Assembly: GCA_964247055.1 (NCBI GenBank)
Contig: OZ176059.1
Coordinates: 3,641,730-3,705,729 of the forward strand
Direction of reading: 5' to 3'
From: Paragordius varius
Taxonomy: Eukaryota > Animalia > Nematomorpha
Length of the DNA: 64,000 bases
Shown here: piece after piece, positions 1 to 15,368 of the stretch
Position numbering within the stretch: position 1 is the stretch's first letter
Layout of the letters: each line of letters begins with the position of its first letter
Notes under the pieces: generated by a model
Databases searched by the model: none
Told to the model about the DNA's origin: nothing
The model's input: the letters and a program-made list of their open reading frames with translations, nothing else
Program-made: the position numbers and the translations under genes

Positions 1-3000
1 AAAATACGTATTTAAGCCTAAATAAAAGACCATTGTTTTTACCTATAAGATTATTTTTAAAATCCCGCACATAGACTTTACAAATCAAAAAAGAATCAGT
101 TACGTGCATTATTCAAGGTTGATTGTTAAAATAGAATTCTATAATATAAGAAATGAATAATGTGAAGCGCAAGTATCATTTTAAAATGACAAATACATAT
201 TTAAGATCAAATAAAAGACCAATTTTACCTATAAGATTAATTTTAAATCTTTCACATATACTCTACAAATCAAAAAAGAATTCGTTACGTGTATTATTTA
301 AAGTTAATTGTTGAATCATAAAATAGAATTATATAATATAAAAAATCAATAATGTTAAGCGCAAGTATCATTTTAAGACAAATACGTATTTACAAATAAA
401 AGATTAATATTTTTGCCTATAAGATTATTTTTAAATCCTTCACATAGACTCAACAAATCAAAAAAGAATTGGTTACGTGCATTATTTAAGGTTGATTCTT
501 AAAATAGAATTCTATAATATAAGAAATGAATAATGTGAAGCGCAAGTATCATTTTAAAATGACAAATACGTATTTAAGCTCAAATAAAAGACCAATTTTA
601 CCTATAAGATTAATTTTAAATCTTTCACATAGACTCTACAAATCAAAAAAGAGTTGGTTACGTGCATTATTTAAGGTTGATTGTTGAATCAAAATCATTA
701 TGAATATGAATTCTATACAACAATTCAATAATGTTAAGAGCAAGTATCATTTTAAGACAAATACGTATTTAAGCTCAAATAAAAGACCAATTTTACCTAT
801 AAGATTAATTTTAAATCTTTCATATAGACTCTACAAATCAAAAAAGAGTTGATTACGTGCATTATTTAAGGTTGATTGTTGAATCAAAATCATTATGAAT
901 ATGAATTCTAAACAACAATTCAATAATGTTAAGAGCAAGTATCATTTTAAGAAAATACGTATTTAAGCCTAAATAAAAGACCATTGTTTTTACCTATAAG
1001 ATTATTTTTAAAATCCCGCACATAGACTTTACAAATCAAAAAAGAATCAGTTACGTGCATTATTCAAGGTTGATTGTTAAAATAGAATTCTATAATATAA
1101 AATGATCAATGTGAAGCGCAAGTATCATTTTAAAATGACAAATACATATTTAAGCTTAAATAAAAGACCAATGTTTTTATCTGTAAGATTATTTTTAAAT
1201 CCTTCACATAGACTCAACAAATCAAAAAAGAATCAGTTACGTGCATTATTTAAGGTTGATTCTTAAAATAGAATTCTATAATATAAGAAATGAATAATGT
1301 GAAGCGCAAGTATCATTTTAAAATGACAAATACGTATTTAAGCTCAAATAAAAGACCAATTTTACCTATAAGATTAATTTTAAATCTTTCACATAGACTC
1401 TACAAATCAAAAAAGAGTTGGTTACGTGCATTATTTAAGGTTGATTGTTGAATCAAAATCATTATGAATATGAATTCAATACAACAATTCAATAATGTTA
1501 AGAGCAAGTATCATTTTAAGACAAATACGTATTTAAGCTCAAATAAAAGACCAATTTTACCTATAAGATTAATTTTAAATCTTTCACATAGACTCTACAA
1601 ATCAAAAAAGAGTTGGTTACGTGCATTATTTAAGGTTGATTGTTGAATCAAAATCATTATGAATATGAATTCTATACAACTATTCAATAATGTTAAGAGC
1701 AAGTATCATTTTAAGACAAATACGTATTTAAGCCTAAATAAAAGACCAATGTTTTTAACTATAAGATTGCATTTTAAAATCCCGCCCATAGACTTTAAAA
1801 ATCAAAAAAGAATCAGTTACGTGCATTATTCAAGGTTGATTCTTAAAATAGAATTCTATAATATAAGAATAATGTGAAGCGCAAGTATCATTTTAAAATG
1901 ACAAATACGTATTTAAGCTTAAATAAAAGACCAATGTTTTTACCTGTAAGATTAATTTTAAATCTTTCACATAGACTCTACAAATCAAAAAAGAGTTGGT
2001 TACGTGCATTATTTAAGGTTGATTGTTGAATCAAAATCATTATGAATATGAATTCTATACAACAATTCAATAATGTTAAGAGCAAGTATCATTTTAAGAC
2101 AAATACGTATTTAAGCTCAAATAAAAGACCAATTTTACCTATAAGATTAATTTTAAATCTTTCACATAGCTACAAATCAAAAATGAATTGGTTACGTGCA
2201 TTATTTAAGGTTGATTGTTGAATCAAAATCATTATGAATATGAATTCTATACAACAATTCAATAATGCTAAGAGCAAGTATAATTTTAAGACAAATACGT
2301 ATTTAAGCCTAAATAAAAGACCAATGCTTTTACCTATAAGATTGCATTTTAAAATCCCGCCCATAGACTTTAAAAATCAAAAAAGAATCAGTTACGTGCA
2401 TTATTTAAAGTTAATTGTTGAATCATAAAATACAATTCTATAATATAAGAAATCAATATTGTTAAGAGCAAGTATCATTTTAAGACAAATACGTATTTAA
2501 GCTCAAATAAAAGACCAATTTTACCTATAAGATTAATTTTAAATCTTTCACATAGACTCTACAAATCAAAAAAGAATTGGTTACGTGCATTATTTAAGGT
2601 TGATTGTTGAATCAAAATCATTATGAATATGAATTCTATACAACAATTCAATAATGTTAAGAGCAAGTATCATTTTAAGACAAATACGTATTTAAGCTCA
2701 AATAAAAGACCATTGTTTTTACCTATAAGATTATTTTTAAAATCCCGCACATAGACTTTACAAATCAAAAAAGAATCAGTTACGTGCATTATTCAAGGTT
2801 GATTGTTAAAATAGAATTCTATAATATAAGAAATGAATAATGTGAAGCGCAAGTATCATTTTAAAATGACAAATACATATTTAAGATCAAATAAAAGACC
2901 AAATTTACCTACAAGATTAATTTTCAATCTTTCACATAGACTCTACAAATCAAAAAAGAATTCGTTACGTGTATTATTTAAAGTTAATTGTTGAATCATA

Positions 3001-6000
3001 AAATAGAATTATATAATATAAAAAATCAATAATGTTAAGCGCAAGTATCATTTTAAGACAAATACGTATTTACAAATAAAAGATTAATATTTTTGCCTAT
3101 AAGATTATTTTTAAATCCTTCACATAGACTCAACAAATCAAAAAAGAATTGGTTACGTGCATTATTTAAGGTTGATTCTTAAAATGGAATTCTATAATAT
3201 AAGAAATGAATAATGTGAAGCGCAAGTATCATTTTAAAATGACAAATACATATTTAAGCTTAAATAAAAGACCAATGTTTTTACCTGTAAGATTATTTTT
3301 AAATCCTTCACATAGACTCAACAAATCAAAAAAGAATCTGTTACGTGCATTATTTAAGGTTGATTCTTAAAATAGAATTCTATAATATAAGAAATGAATA
3401 ATGTGAAGCGCAAGTATCATTTTAAAATGACAAATACGTATTTAAGCTCAAATAAAAGACCAATTTTACCTATAAGATTAATTTTAAATCTTTCACATAG
3501 ACTCTACAAATCAAAAAAGAGTTGGTTACGTGCATTATTTAAGGTTGATTGTTGAATCAAAATCATTATGAATATGAATTCTATACAACAATTCAATAAT
3601 GTTAAGAGCAAGTATCATTTTAAGACAAATACGTATTTAAGCTCAAATAAAAGACCAATTTTACCTATAAGATTAATTTTAAATCTTTCACATAGCTACA
3701 AATTAAAAATGAATTGGTTACGTGCATTATTTAAGGTTGATTGTTGAATCAAAATCATTATGAATATGAATTCTATACAACAATTCAATAATGTTAAGAG
3801 CAAGTATCATTTTAAGAAAATACGTATTTAAGCCTAAATAAAAGACCATTGTTTTTACCTATAAGATTATTTTTAAAATCCCGCACATAGACTTTACAAA
3901 TCAAAAAAGAATCAGTTACGTGCATTATTCAAGGTTGATTGTTAAAATAGAATTCTATAATATAAGAAATGAATAATGTGAAGCGCAAGTATCATTTTAA
4001 AATGACAAATACATATTTAAGATCAAATAAAAGACCAATTTTACCTACAAGATTAATTTTCAATCTTTAACATAGACTCTACAAATCAAAAAAGAATTCG
4101 TTACGTGTATTATTTAAAGTTAATTGTTGAATCATAAAATAAAATTATATAATATAAAAAATCAATAATGTTAAGCGCAAGTATCATTTTAAGACAAATA
4201 CGTATTTACAAATAAAATATTAATATTTTTGCCTATAAGATTATTTTTAAATCCTTCACATAGACTCAACAAATCAAAAAAGAATTGGTTACGTGCATTA
4301 TTTAAGGTTGATTAAAATAGAATTCTATAATATAAGAAATGAATAATGTGAAGCGCAAGTATCATTTTAAAATGACAAATACATATTTAAGCTTAAATAA
4401 AAGACCAATGTTTTTACCTGTAAGATTATTTTTAAATCCTTCACATAGACTCAACAAATCAAAAAAGAATCAGTTACGTGCATTATTTAAGGTTGATTGT
4501 TGAATCAAAATCATTATGAATATGAATTCTATACAACAATTCAATAATGCTAAGAGCAAGTATAATTTTAAGACAAATACGTATTTAAGCCTAAATAAAA
4601 GACCAATGCTTTTACCTATAAGATTGCATTTTAAAATCCCGCCCATAGACTTTAAAAATCAAAAAAGAATCAGTTACGTGTATTTAAAGTTAATTGTTGA
4701 ATCATAAAATACAATTCTATAATATAAGAAATCAATATTGTTAAGAGCAAGTATCATTTTAAGACAAATACGTATTTAAGCTCAAATAAAAGACCAATTT
4801 TACCTATAAGATTAATTTTAAATCTTTCACATAGACTCTACAAATCAAAAAAGAATTGGTTACGTGCATTATTTAAGGTTGATTGTTGAATCAAAATCAT
4901 TATGAATATGAATTCTATACAACAATTCAATAATGTTAAGAGCAAGTATCATTTTAAGACAAATACGTATTTAAGCTCAAATAAAAGACCAATTTTACCT
5001 ATAAGATTAATTTTAAATCTTTCACATAGACTCTACAAATCAAAAAAGAATTGGTTACGTGCATTATTTAAGGTTGATTGTTGAATCAAAATCATTATGA
5101 ATATGAATTCTATACAACAATTCAATAATGTTAAGAGCAAGTATCATTTTAAGACAAATACGTATTTAAGCTCAAATAAAAGACCATTGTTTTTACCTAT
5201 AAGATTATTTTTAAAATCCCGCACATAGACTTTACAAATCAAAAAAGAATCAGTTACGTGCATTATTTAAAGTTAATTGTTGAATCATAAAATAGAATTC
5301 TATAATGCAAGAAATCAATAATGTTAAGCGCAAGTATCATTTTAAGACAAATACGTATTTGAGCTCAAATAAAAGACCAATTTTACTTATAAGATTAATT
5401 TTAAATCTTTCACATAGACTCTACAAATCAAAAATGAATTGGTTACGTGCATTATTTAAGGTTGATTGTTGAATCAAAATCATTATGAATATGAATTCTA
5501 TACAACAATTCAATAATGTTAAGAGCAAGTATCATTTTAAGACAAATACGTATTTAAGCTCAAATAAAAGACCAATTTTACCTATAAGATTAATTTTAAA
5601 TCTTTCACATAGACTCTACAAATCAAAAATGAATTGGTTACGTGCATTATTTAAGGTTGATTGTTGAATCAAAATCATTATGAATATGAATTCTATACAA
5701 CAATTCAATAATGTTAAGAGCAAGTATCATTTTAAGACAAATACGTATTTAAGCTCAAATAAAAGACCAATTTAACCTATGAGATTAATTTTAAATCTTT
5801 CACATAGACTCTACAAATCAAAAATGAATCAGTTACGTGCATTATTTAAAGTTAATTGTTGAATCATAAAATAGAATTATATAATATAAGAAATCAATAA
5901 TGTTAAGCGCAAGTATCATTTTAAGACAAATACGTATTTAAGCTCAAATAAAAGACCAATTTTACCTATTTTAAATCTTTCACATAGACTCTACAAATCA

Positions 6001-7749
6001 AAAAAGAATTGGTTACGTGCATTATTTAAGGTTGATTGTTGAACAAAATCATTATGAATATGAATTCTATACAACAATTCAATAATGTTAAGAGCAAGTA
6101 TCATTTTAAGAAAATACGTATTTAAGCCTAAATAAAAGACCATTGTTTTTACCTATAAGATTATTTTTAAATCCTTCACATAGACTCAACAAATCAAAAA
6201 AGAATTGGTTACGTGCATTATTTAAGGTTGATTCTTAAAATAGAATTCTATAATATAAGAAATGAATAATGTGAAGCGCAAGTATCATTTTAAAATGACA
6301 AATACATATTTAAGATCAAATAAAAGACCAAATTTATCTACAAGATCAATTTTCAATCTTTCACATAGACTCTACAAATCAAAAAAGAATTCGTTACGTG
6401 TATTATTTAAAGTTAATTGTTGAATCATAAAATAGAATTATATAATATAAAAAATCAATAATGTTAAGCGCAAGTATCATTTTAAGACAAATACGTATTT
6501 ACAAATAGAAGATTAATATTTTTGCCTATAAGATTATTTTTAAATCCTTCATATAGACTCAACAAATCAAAAAAGAATTGGTTACGTGCATTATTTAAGG
6601 TTGATTCTTAAAATAGAATTCTATAATATAAGAAATGAATAATGTGAAGCGCAAGTATCATTTTAAAATGACAAATACATATTTAAGATCAAATAAAAGA
6701 CCAAATTTACCTACAAGATTAATTTTCAATCTTTCACATAGACTCTACAAATCAAAAAAGAATTCGTTACGTGTATTATTTAAAGTTAATTGTTGAATCA
6801 TAAAATAGAATTATATAATATAAAAAATCAATAATGTTAAGCGCAAGTATCATTTTAAGACAAATACGTATTTACAAATAAAAGATTAATATTTTGGCCT
6901 ATAAGATTATTTTTAAATCCTTCACATAGACTCAACAAATCAAAAAAGAATTGGTTACGTGCATTATTTAAGGTTGATTCTTAAAATAGAATTCTATAAT
7001 ATAAGAAATGAATAATGTGAAGCGCAAGTATCATTTTAAAATGACAAATACATATTTAAGCTTAAATAAAAGACCAATGTTTTTACCTGTAAGATTATTT
7101 TTAAATCCTTCACATAGACTCAACAAATCAAAAAAGAATCTGTTACGTGCATTATTTAAGGTTGATTCTTAAAATAGAATTCTATAATATAAGAAATGAA
7201 TAATGTGAAGCGCAAGTATCATTTTAAAATGACAAATACGTATTTAAGCTCAAATAAAAGACCAATATTACCTATAAGATTAATTTTAAATCTTTCACAT
7301 AGACTCTACAAATCAAAAAAGAGTTGGTTACGTGCATTATTTAAGGTTGATTGTTGAATCAAAATCATTATGAATATGAATTCTATACAACAATTCAATA
7401 ATGTTAAGAGCAAGTATCATTTTAAGACAAATACGTATTTAAGCTCAAATAAAAGACCAATTTTACCTATAAGATTAATTTTAAATCTTTCACATAGACT
7501 CTACAAATCAAAAAAGAGTTGGTTACGTGCATTATTTAAGGTTGATTTTTGAATCAAAATCATTATGAATATGAATTCTATACAACAATTCAATAATGTT
7601 AAGAGCAAGTATCATTTTAAGACAAATACGTATTTAAGCTCAAATAAAAGACCAATTTTACCTATAAGATTAATTTTAATCTTTCACATAGACTCTACAA
7701 ATCAAAAAAGAGTTGGTTGCGTGCATTATTTAAGGTTGATTGTTGAATC

Positions 7750-9640
7750 AAAATCATTATGAATATGAATTCTATACAACAATTCAATAATGTTAAGAGC
7801 AAGTATCATTTTAAGACAAATACGTACTTAAGCTCAAATAAAAGACCAATTTTACCTATAAGATTAATTTTAAATCTTTCACATAGCTACAAATTAAAAA
7901 TGAATTGGTTACGTGCATTATTTAAGGTTGATTGTTGAATCAAAATCATTATGAATATGAATTCTATACAACAATTCAATAATGTTAAGAGCAAGTATCA
8001 TTTTAAGAAAATACGTATTTAAGCCTAAATAAAAGACCATTGTTTTTACCTATAAGATTATTTTTAAAATCCCGCACATAGACTTTACAAATCAAAAAAG
8101 AATCAGTTACGTGCATTATTCAAGGTTGATTGTTAAAATAGAATTCTATAATATAAGAAATGAATAATGTGAAGCGCAAGTATCATTTTAAAATGACAAA
8201 TACATATTTAAGATCAAATAAAAGACCAATTTTACCTACAAGATTAATTTTCAATCTTTCACATAGACTCTACAAATCAAAAAAGAATTCGTTACGTGTA
8301 TTATTTAAAGTTAATTGTTGAATCATAAAATAAAATTATATAATATAAAAAATCAATAATGTTAAGCGCAAGTATCATTTTAAGACAAATACGTATTTAC
8401 AAATAAAAGATTAATATTTTTGCCTATAAGATTATTTTTAAATCCTTCACATAGACTCAACAAATCAAAAAAGAATTGGTTACGTGCATTATTTAAGGTT
8501 GATTCTTAAAATAGAATTCTATAATATAAGAAATGAATAATGTGAAGCGCAAGTATCATTTTAAAATGACAAATACATATTTAAGCTCAAATAAAAGACC
8601 AATTTTACCTATAAGATTAATTTTAAATCTTTCACATAGACTCTACAAATCAAAAAAGAGTTGGTTACGTGCATTATTTAAGGTTGATTGTTGAATCAAA
8701 ATCATTATGAATATGAATTCTATACAACAATTCAATTATGTTAAGAGCAAGTATCATTTTAAGACAAATACGTACTTAAGCTCAAATAAAAGACCAATTT
8801 TACCTATAAGATTAATTTTAAATCTTTCACATAGCTACAAATTAAAAATGAATTGGTTACGTGCATTATTTAAGGTTGATTGTTGAATCAAAATCATTAT
8901 GAATATGAATTCTATACAACAATTCAATAATGTTAAGAGCAAGTATCATTTTAAGAAAATACGTATTTAAGCCTAAATAAAAGACCATTGTTTTTACCTA
9001 TAAGATTATTTTTAAAATCCCGCACATAGACTTTACAAATCAAAAAAGAATCAGTTACGTGCATTATTCAAGGTTGATTGTTAAAATAGAATTCTATAAT
9101 ATAAGAAATGAATAATGTGAAGCGCAAGTATCATTTTAAAATGACAAATACATATTTAAGATCAAATAAAAGACCAATTTTACCTACAAGATTAATTTTC
9201 AATCTTTCACATAGACTCTACAAATCAAAAAAGAATTCGTTACGTGTATTATTTAAAGTTAATTGTTGAATCATAAAATAAAATTATATAATATAAAAAA
9301 TCAATAATGTTAAGCGCAAGTATCATTTTAAGACAAATACGTATTTACAAATAAAAGATTAATATTTTTGCCTATAAGATTATTTTTAAATCCTTCACAT
9401 AGACTCAACAAATCAAAAAAGAATTGGTTACGTGCATTATTTAAGGTTGATTCTTAAAATAGAATTCTATAATATAAGAAATGAATAATGTGAAGCGCAA
9501 GTATCATTTTAAAATGACAAATACATATTTAAGCTCAAATAAAAGACCAATTTTACCTATAAGATTAATTTTAAATCTTTCACATAGACTCTACAAATCA
9601 AAAAAGAGTTGGTTACGTGCATTATTTAAGGTTGATTGTT
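7750..9640. repeat. Tandem duplication of a 948-bp (5-monomer) higher-order unit
   Basis: The private variant TACGTACTTA occurs at 7821 and 8769 (948 bp apart) and the flanking monomer order is repeated. Boundaries are approximate. Confidence 0.8.
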
Positions 9641-12600
9641 GAATCAAAATCATTATGAATATGAATTCTATACAACAATTCAATAATGTTAAGAGCAAGT
9701 ATCATTTTAAGACAAATACGTATTTAAGCTCAAATAAAAGACCAATTTTACCTATAAGATTAATTTTAAATCTTTCACATAGACTCTACAAATAAAAAAA
9801 TAGTTGGTTACGTGCATTATTTAAGGTTGATTGTTGAATCAAAATCATTATGAATATGAATTCTATACAACAATTCAATAATGTTAAGAGCAAGTATCAT
9901 TTTAAGACAAATACGTATTTAAGCCTAAATAAAAGACCAATGTTTTTAACTATAAGATTGCATTTTAAAATCCCGCTATAGACTTTAAAAATCAAAAAAG
10001 AATCAGTTACGTGCATTATTCAAGGTTGATTCTTAAAATAGAATTCTATAATATAAGAATAATGTGAAGCGCAAGTATCATTTTAAAATGACAAATACGT
10101 ATTTAAGCTTAAATAAAAGACCAATGTTTTTACCTGTAAGATTAATTTTAAATCTTTCACATAGACTCTACAAATCAAAAAAGAGTTGGTTACGTGCATT
10201 ATTTAAGGTTGATTGTTGAATCAAAATCATTATGAATATGAATTCTATACAACAATTCAATAATGCTAAGAGCAAGTATAATTTTAAGACAAATACGTAT
10301 TTAAGCCTAAATAAAAGACCAATGCTTTTACCTATAAGATTGCATTTTAAAATCCCGCCCATAGACTTTAAAAATCAAAAAAGAATCAGTTACGTGCATT
10401 ATTTAAAGTTAATTGTTGAATCATAAAATACAATTCTATAATATAAGAAATCAATATTGTTAAGAGCAAGTATCATTTTAAGACAAATACGTATTTAAGC
10501 TCAAATAAAAGACCAATTTTACCTATAAGATTAATTTTAAATCTTTCACATAGACTCTACAAATCAAAAAAGAATTGGTTACGGGCATTATTTAAGGTTG
10601 ATTGTTGAATCAAAATCATTATGAATATGAATTCTATACAACAATTCAATAATGTTAAGAGCAAGTATCATTTTAAGACAAATACGTATTTAAGCTCAAA
10701 TAAAAGACCATTGTTTTTACCTATAAGATTATTTTTAAAATCCCAGCCATAGACTTTACAAATCAAAAAAGAATCAGTTACGTGCATTATTTAAAGTTAA
10801 TTGTTGAATCATAAAATAGAATTCTATAATGCAAGAAATCAATAATGTTAAGCGCAAGTATCATTTTAAGACAAATACGTATTTGAGCTCAAATAAAAGA
10901 CCAATTTTACTTATAAGATTAATTTTAAATCTTTCACATAGACTCTACAAATCAAAAATGAATTGGTTACGTGCATTATTTAAGGTTGATTGTTGAATCA
11001 AAATCATTATGAATATGAATTCTATACAACAATTCAATAATGTTAAGAGCAAGTATCATTTTAAGACAAATACGTATTTAAGCTCAAATAAAAGACCAAT
11101 TTTACCTATAAGATTAATTTTAAATCTTTCACATAGACTCTACAAATCAAAAATGAATTGGTTACGTGCATTATTTAAGGTTGATTGTTGAATCAAAATC
11201 ATTATGAATATGAATTCTATACAACAATTCAATAATGTTAAGAGCAAGTATCATTTTAAGACAAATACGTATTTAAGCTCAAATAAAAGACCAATTTAAC
11301 CTATGAGATTAATTTTAAATCTTTCACATAGACTCTACAAATCAAAAATGAATCAGTTACGTGCATTATTTAAAGTTAATTGTTGAATCATAAAATAGAA
11401 TTATATAATATAAGAAATCAATAATGTTAAGCGCAAGTATCATTTTAAGACAAATACGTATTTAAGCTCAAATAAAAGACCAATTTTACCTATTTTAAAT
11501 CTTTCACATAGACTCTACAAATCAAAAAAGAATTGGTTACGTGCATTATTTAAGGTTGATTGTTGAACAAAATCATTATGAATATGAATTCTATACAACA
11601 ATTCAATAATGTTAAGAGCAAGTATCATTTTAAGAAAATACGTATTTAAGCCTAAATAAAAGACCATTGTTTTTACCTATAAGATTATTTTTAAAATCCC
11701 GCACATAGACTTTACAAATCAAAAAAGAATCAGTTACGTGCATTATTCAAGGTTGATTGTTAAAATAGAATTCTATAATATAAGAAATGAATAATGTGAA
11801 GCGCAAGTATCATTTTAAAATGACAAATACATATTTAAGATCAAATAAAAGACCAAATTTACCTACAAGATTAATTTTCAATCTTTCACATAGACTCTAC
11901 AAATCAAAAAAGAATTCGTTACGTGTATTATTTAAAGTTAATTGTTGAATCATAAAATAGAATTATATAATATAATAAATCAATAATGTTAAGCGCAAGT
12001 ATCATTTTAAGACAAATACGTATTTACAAATAGAAGATTAATATTTTGGCCTATAAGATTATTTTTAAATCCTTCACATAGACTCAACAAATCAAAAAAG
12101 AATCTGTTACGTGCATTATTTAAGGTTGATTCTTAAAATAGAATTCTATAATATAAGAAATGAATAATGTGAAGCGCAAGTATCATTTTAAAATGACAAA
12201 TACGTATTTAAGCTCAAATAAACGACCAATTTTACCTATAAGATTAATTTTAAATCTTTCACATAGACTCTACAAATCAAAAAAGAGTTGGTTACGTGCA
12301 TTATTTAAGGTTGATTGTTGAATCAAAATCATTATGAATATGAATTCTATACAACAATTCAATAATGTTAAGAGCAAGTATCATTTTAAGACAAATACGT
12401 ATTTAAGCTCAAATAAAAGACCAATTTTACCTATAAGATTAATTTTAAATCTTTCACATAGACTCTACAAATCAAAAAAGAGTTGGTTACGTGCATTATT
12501 TAAGGTTGATTGTTGAATCAAAATCATTATGAATATGAATTCTATACAACAATTCAATAATGTTAAGAGCAAGTATCATTTTAAGACAAATACGTATTTA

Positions 12601-15368
12601 AGCTCAAATAAAAGACCAATTTTACCTATAAGATTAATTTTAATCTTTCACATAGACTCTACAAATCAAAAAAGAGTTGGTTACGTGCATTATTTAAGGT
12701 TGATTGTTGAATCAAAATCATTATGAATATGAATTCTATACAACAATTCAATAATGTTAAGAGCAAGTATCATTTTAAGACAAATACGTATTTAAGCTCA
12801 AATAAAAGACCAATTTTACCTATAAGATTAATTTTAAATCTTTCACATAGCTACAAATTAAAAATGAATTGGTTACGTGCATTATTTAAGGTTGATTGTT
12901 GAATCAAAATCATTATGAATATGAATTCTATACAACAATTCAATAATGTTAAGAGCAAGTATCATTTTAAGAAAATACGTATTTAAGCCTAAATAAAAGA
13001 CCATTGTTTTTACCTATAAGATTATTTTTAAAATCCCGCACATAGACTTTACAAATCAAAAAAGAATCAGTTACGTGCATTATTCAAGGTTGATTGTTAA
13101 AATAGAATTCTATAATATAAGAAATGAATAATGTGAAGCGCAAGTATCATTTTAAAATGACAAATACATATTTAAGCTTAAATAAAAGACCAATGTTTTT
13201 ACCTGTAAGATTATTTTTAAATCCTTCACATAGACTCAACAAATCAAAAAAGAATCAGTTACGTGCATTATTTAAGGTTGATTGTTGAATCAAAATCATT
13301 ATAAATATGAATTCTATACAACAATTCAATAATGCTAAGAGCAAGTATAATTTTAAGACAAATACGTATTTAAGCCTAAATAAAAGACCAATGCTTTTAC
13401 CTATAAGATTGCATTTTAAAATCCCGCCCATAGACTTTAAAAATCAAAAAAGAATCAGTTACGTGCATTATTTAAAGTTAATTGTTGAATCATAAAATAC
13501 AATTCTATAATATAAGAAATCAATATTGTTAAGAGCAAGTATCATTTTAAGACAAATACGTATTTAAGCTCAAATAAAAGACCAATTTTACCTATAAGAT
13601 TAATTTTAAATCTTTCACATAGACTCTACAAATCAAAAAAGAATTGGTTACGTGCATTATTTAAGGTTGATTGTTGAATCAAAATCATTATGAATATGAA
13701 TTCTATACAACAATTCAATAATGTTAAGAGCAAGTATCATTTTAAGACAAATACGTATTTAAGCTCAAATAAAAGACCATTGTTTTTACCTATAAGATTA
13801 TTTTTAAAATCCCGCACATAGACTTTACAAATCAAAAAAGAATCAGTTACGTGCATTATTTAAAGTTAATTGTTGAATCATAAAATAGAATTCTATAATG
13901 CAAGAAATCAATAATGTTAAGCGCAAGTATCATTTTAAGACAAATACGTATTTGAGCTCAAATAAAAGACCAATTTTACTTATAAGATTAATTTTAAATC
14001 TTTCACATAGACTCTACAAATCAAAAATGAATTGGTTACGTGTAATATTTAAGGTTGATTGTTGAATCAAAATCATTATGAATATGAATTCTATACAACA
14101 ATTCAATAATGTTAAGAACAAGTATCATTTTAAGACAAATAAGTATTTAAGCTCAAATAAAAGACCAATTTTACCTATAAGATTAATTTTAAATCTTTCA
14201 CATAGACTCTACAAATCAAAAATGAATTGGTTACGTGCATTATTTAAGGTTGATTGTTGAATCAAAATCATTATGAATATGAATTCTATACAACAATTCA
14301 ATAATGTTAAGAGCAAGTATCATTTTAAGACAAATACGTATTTAAGATCAAATAAAAGACCAAATTTACCTACAAGATTAATTTTCAATCTTTCACATAG
14401 ACTCTACAAATCAAAAAAGAATTCGTTACGTGTATTATTTAAAGTTAATTGTTGAATCATAAAATAGAATTATATAATATAAAAAATCAATAATGTTAAG
14501 CGCAAGTATCATTTTAAGACAAATACGTATTTACAAATAGAAGATTAATATTTTTGCCTATAAGATTATTTTTAAATCCTTCACATAGACTCAACAAATC
14601 AAAAAAGAATTGGTTACGTGCATTATTTAAGGTTGATTCTTAAAATAGAATTCTATAATATAAGAAATGAATAATGTGAAGCGCAAGTATCATTTTAAAA
14701 TGACAAATACATATTTAAGATCAAATAAAAGACCAAATTTACCTACAAGATTAATTTTCAATCTTTCACATAGACTCTACAAATCAAAAAAGAATTCGTT
14801 ACGTGTATTATTTAAAGTTAATTGTTGAATCATAAAATAGAATTATATAATATAAAAAATCAATAATGTTAAGCGCAAGTATCATTTTAAGACAAATACG
14901 TATTTACAAATAAAAGATTAATATTTTGGCCTATAAGATTATTTTTAAATCCTTCACATAGACTCAACAAATCAAAAAAGAATTGGTTACGTGCATTATT
15001 TAAGGTTGATTCTTAAAATAGAATTCTATAATATAAGAAATGAATAATGTGAAGCGCAAGTATCATTTTAAAATGACAAATACATATTTAAGCTTAAATA
15101 AAAGACCAATGTTTTTACCTGTAAGATTATTTTTAAATCCTTCACATAGACTCAACAAATCAAAAAAGAATCAGTTACGTGCATTATTTAAGGTTGATTC
15201 TTAAAATAGAATTCTATAATATAAGAAATGAATAATGTGAAGCGCAAGTATCATTTTAAAATGACAAATACGTATTTAAGCTCAAAAAGAAGACCAATTT
15301 TACCTATAAGATTAATTTTAAATCTTTCACATAGACTCTACAAATCAAGTTGGTTACGTGCATTATTT

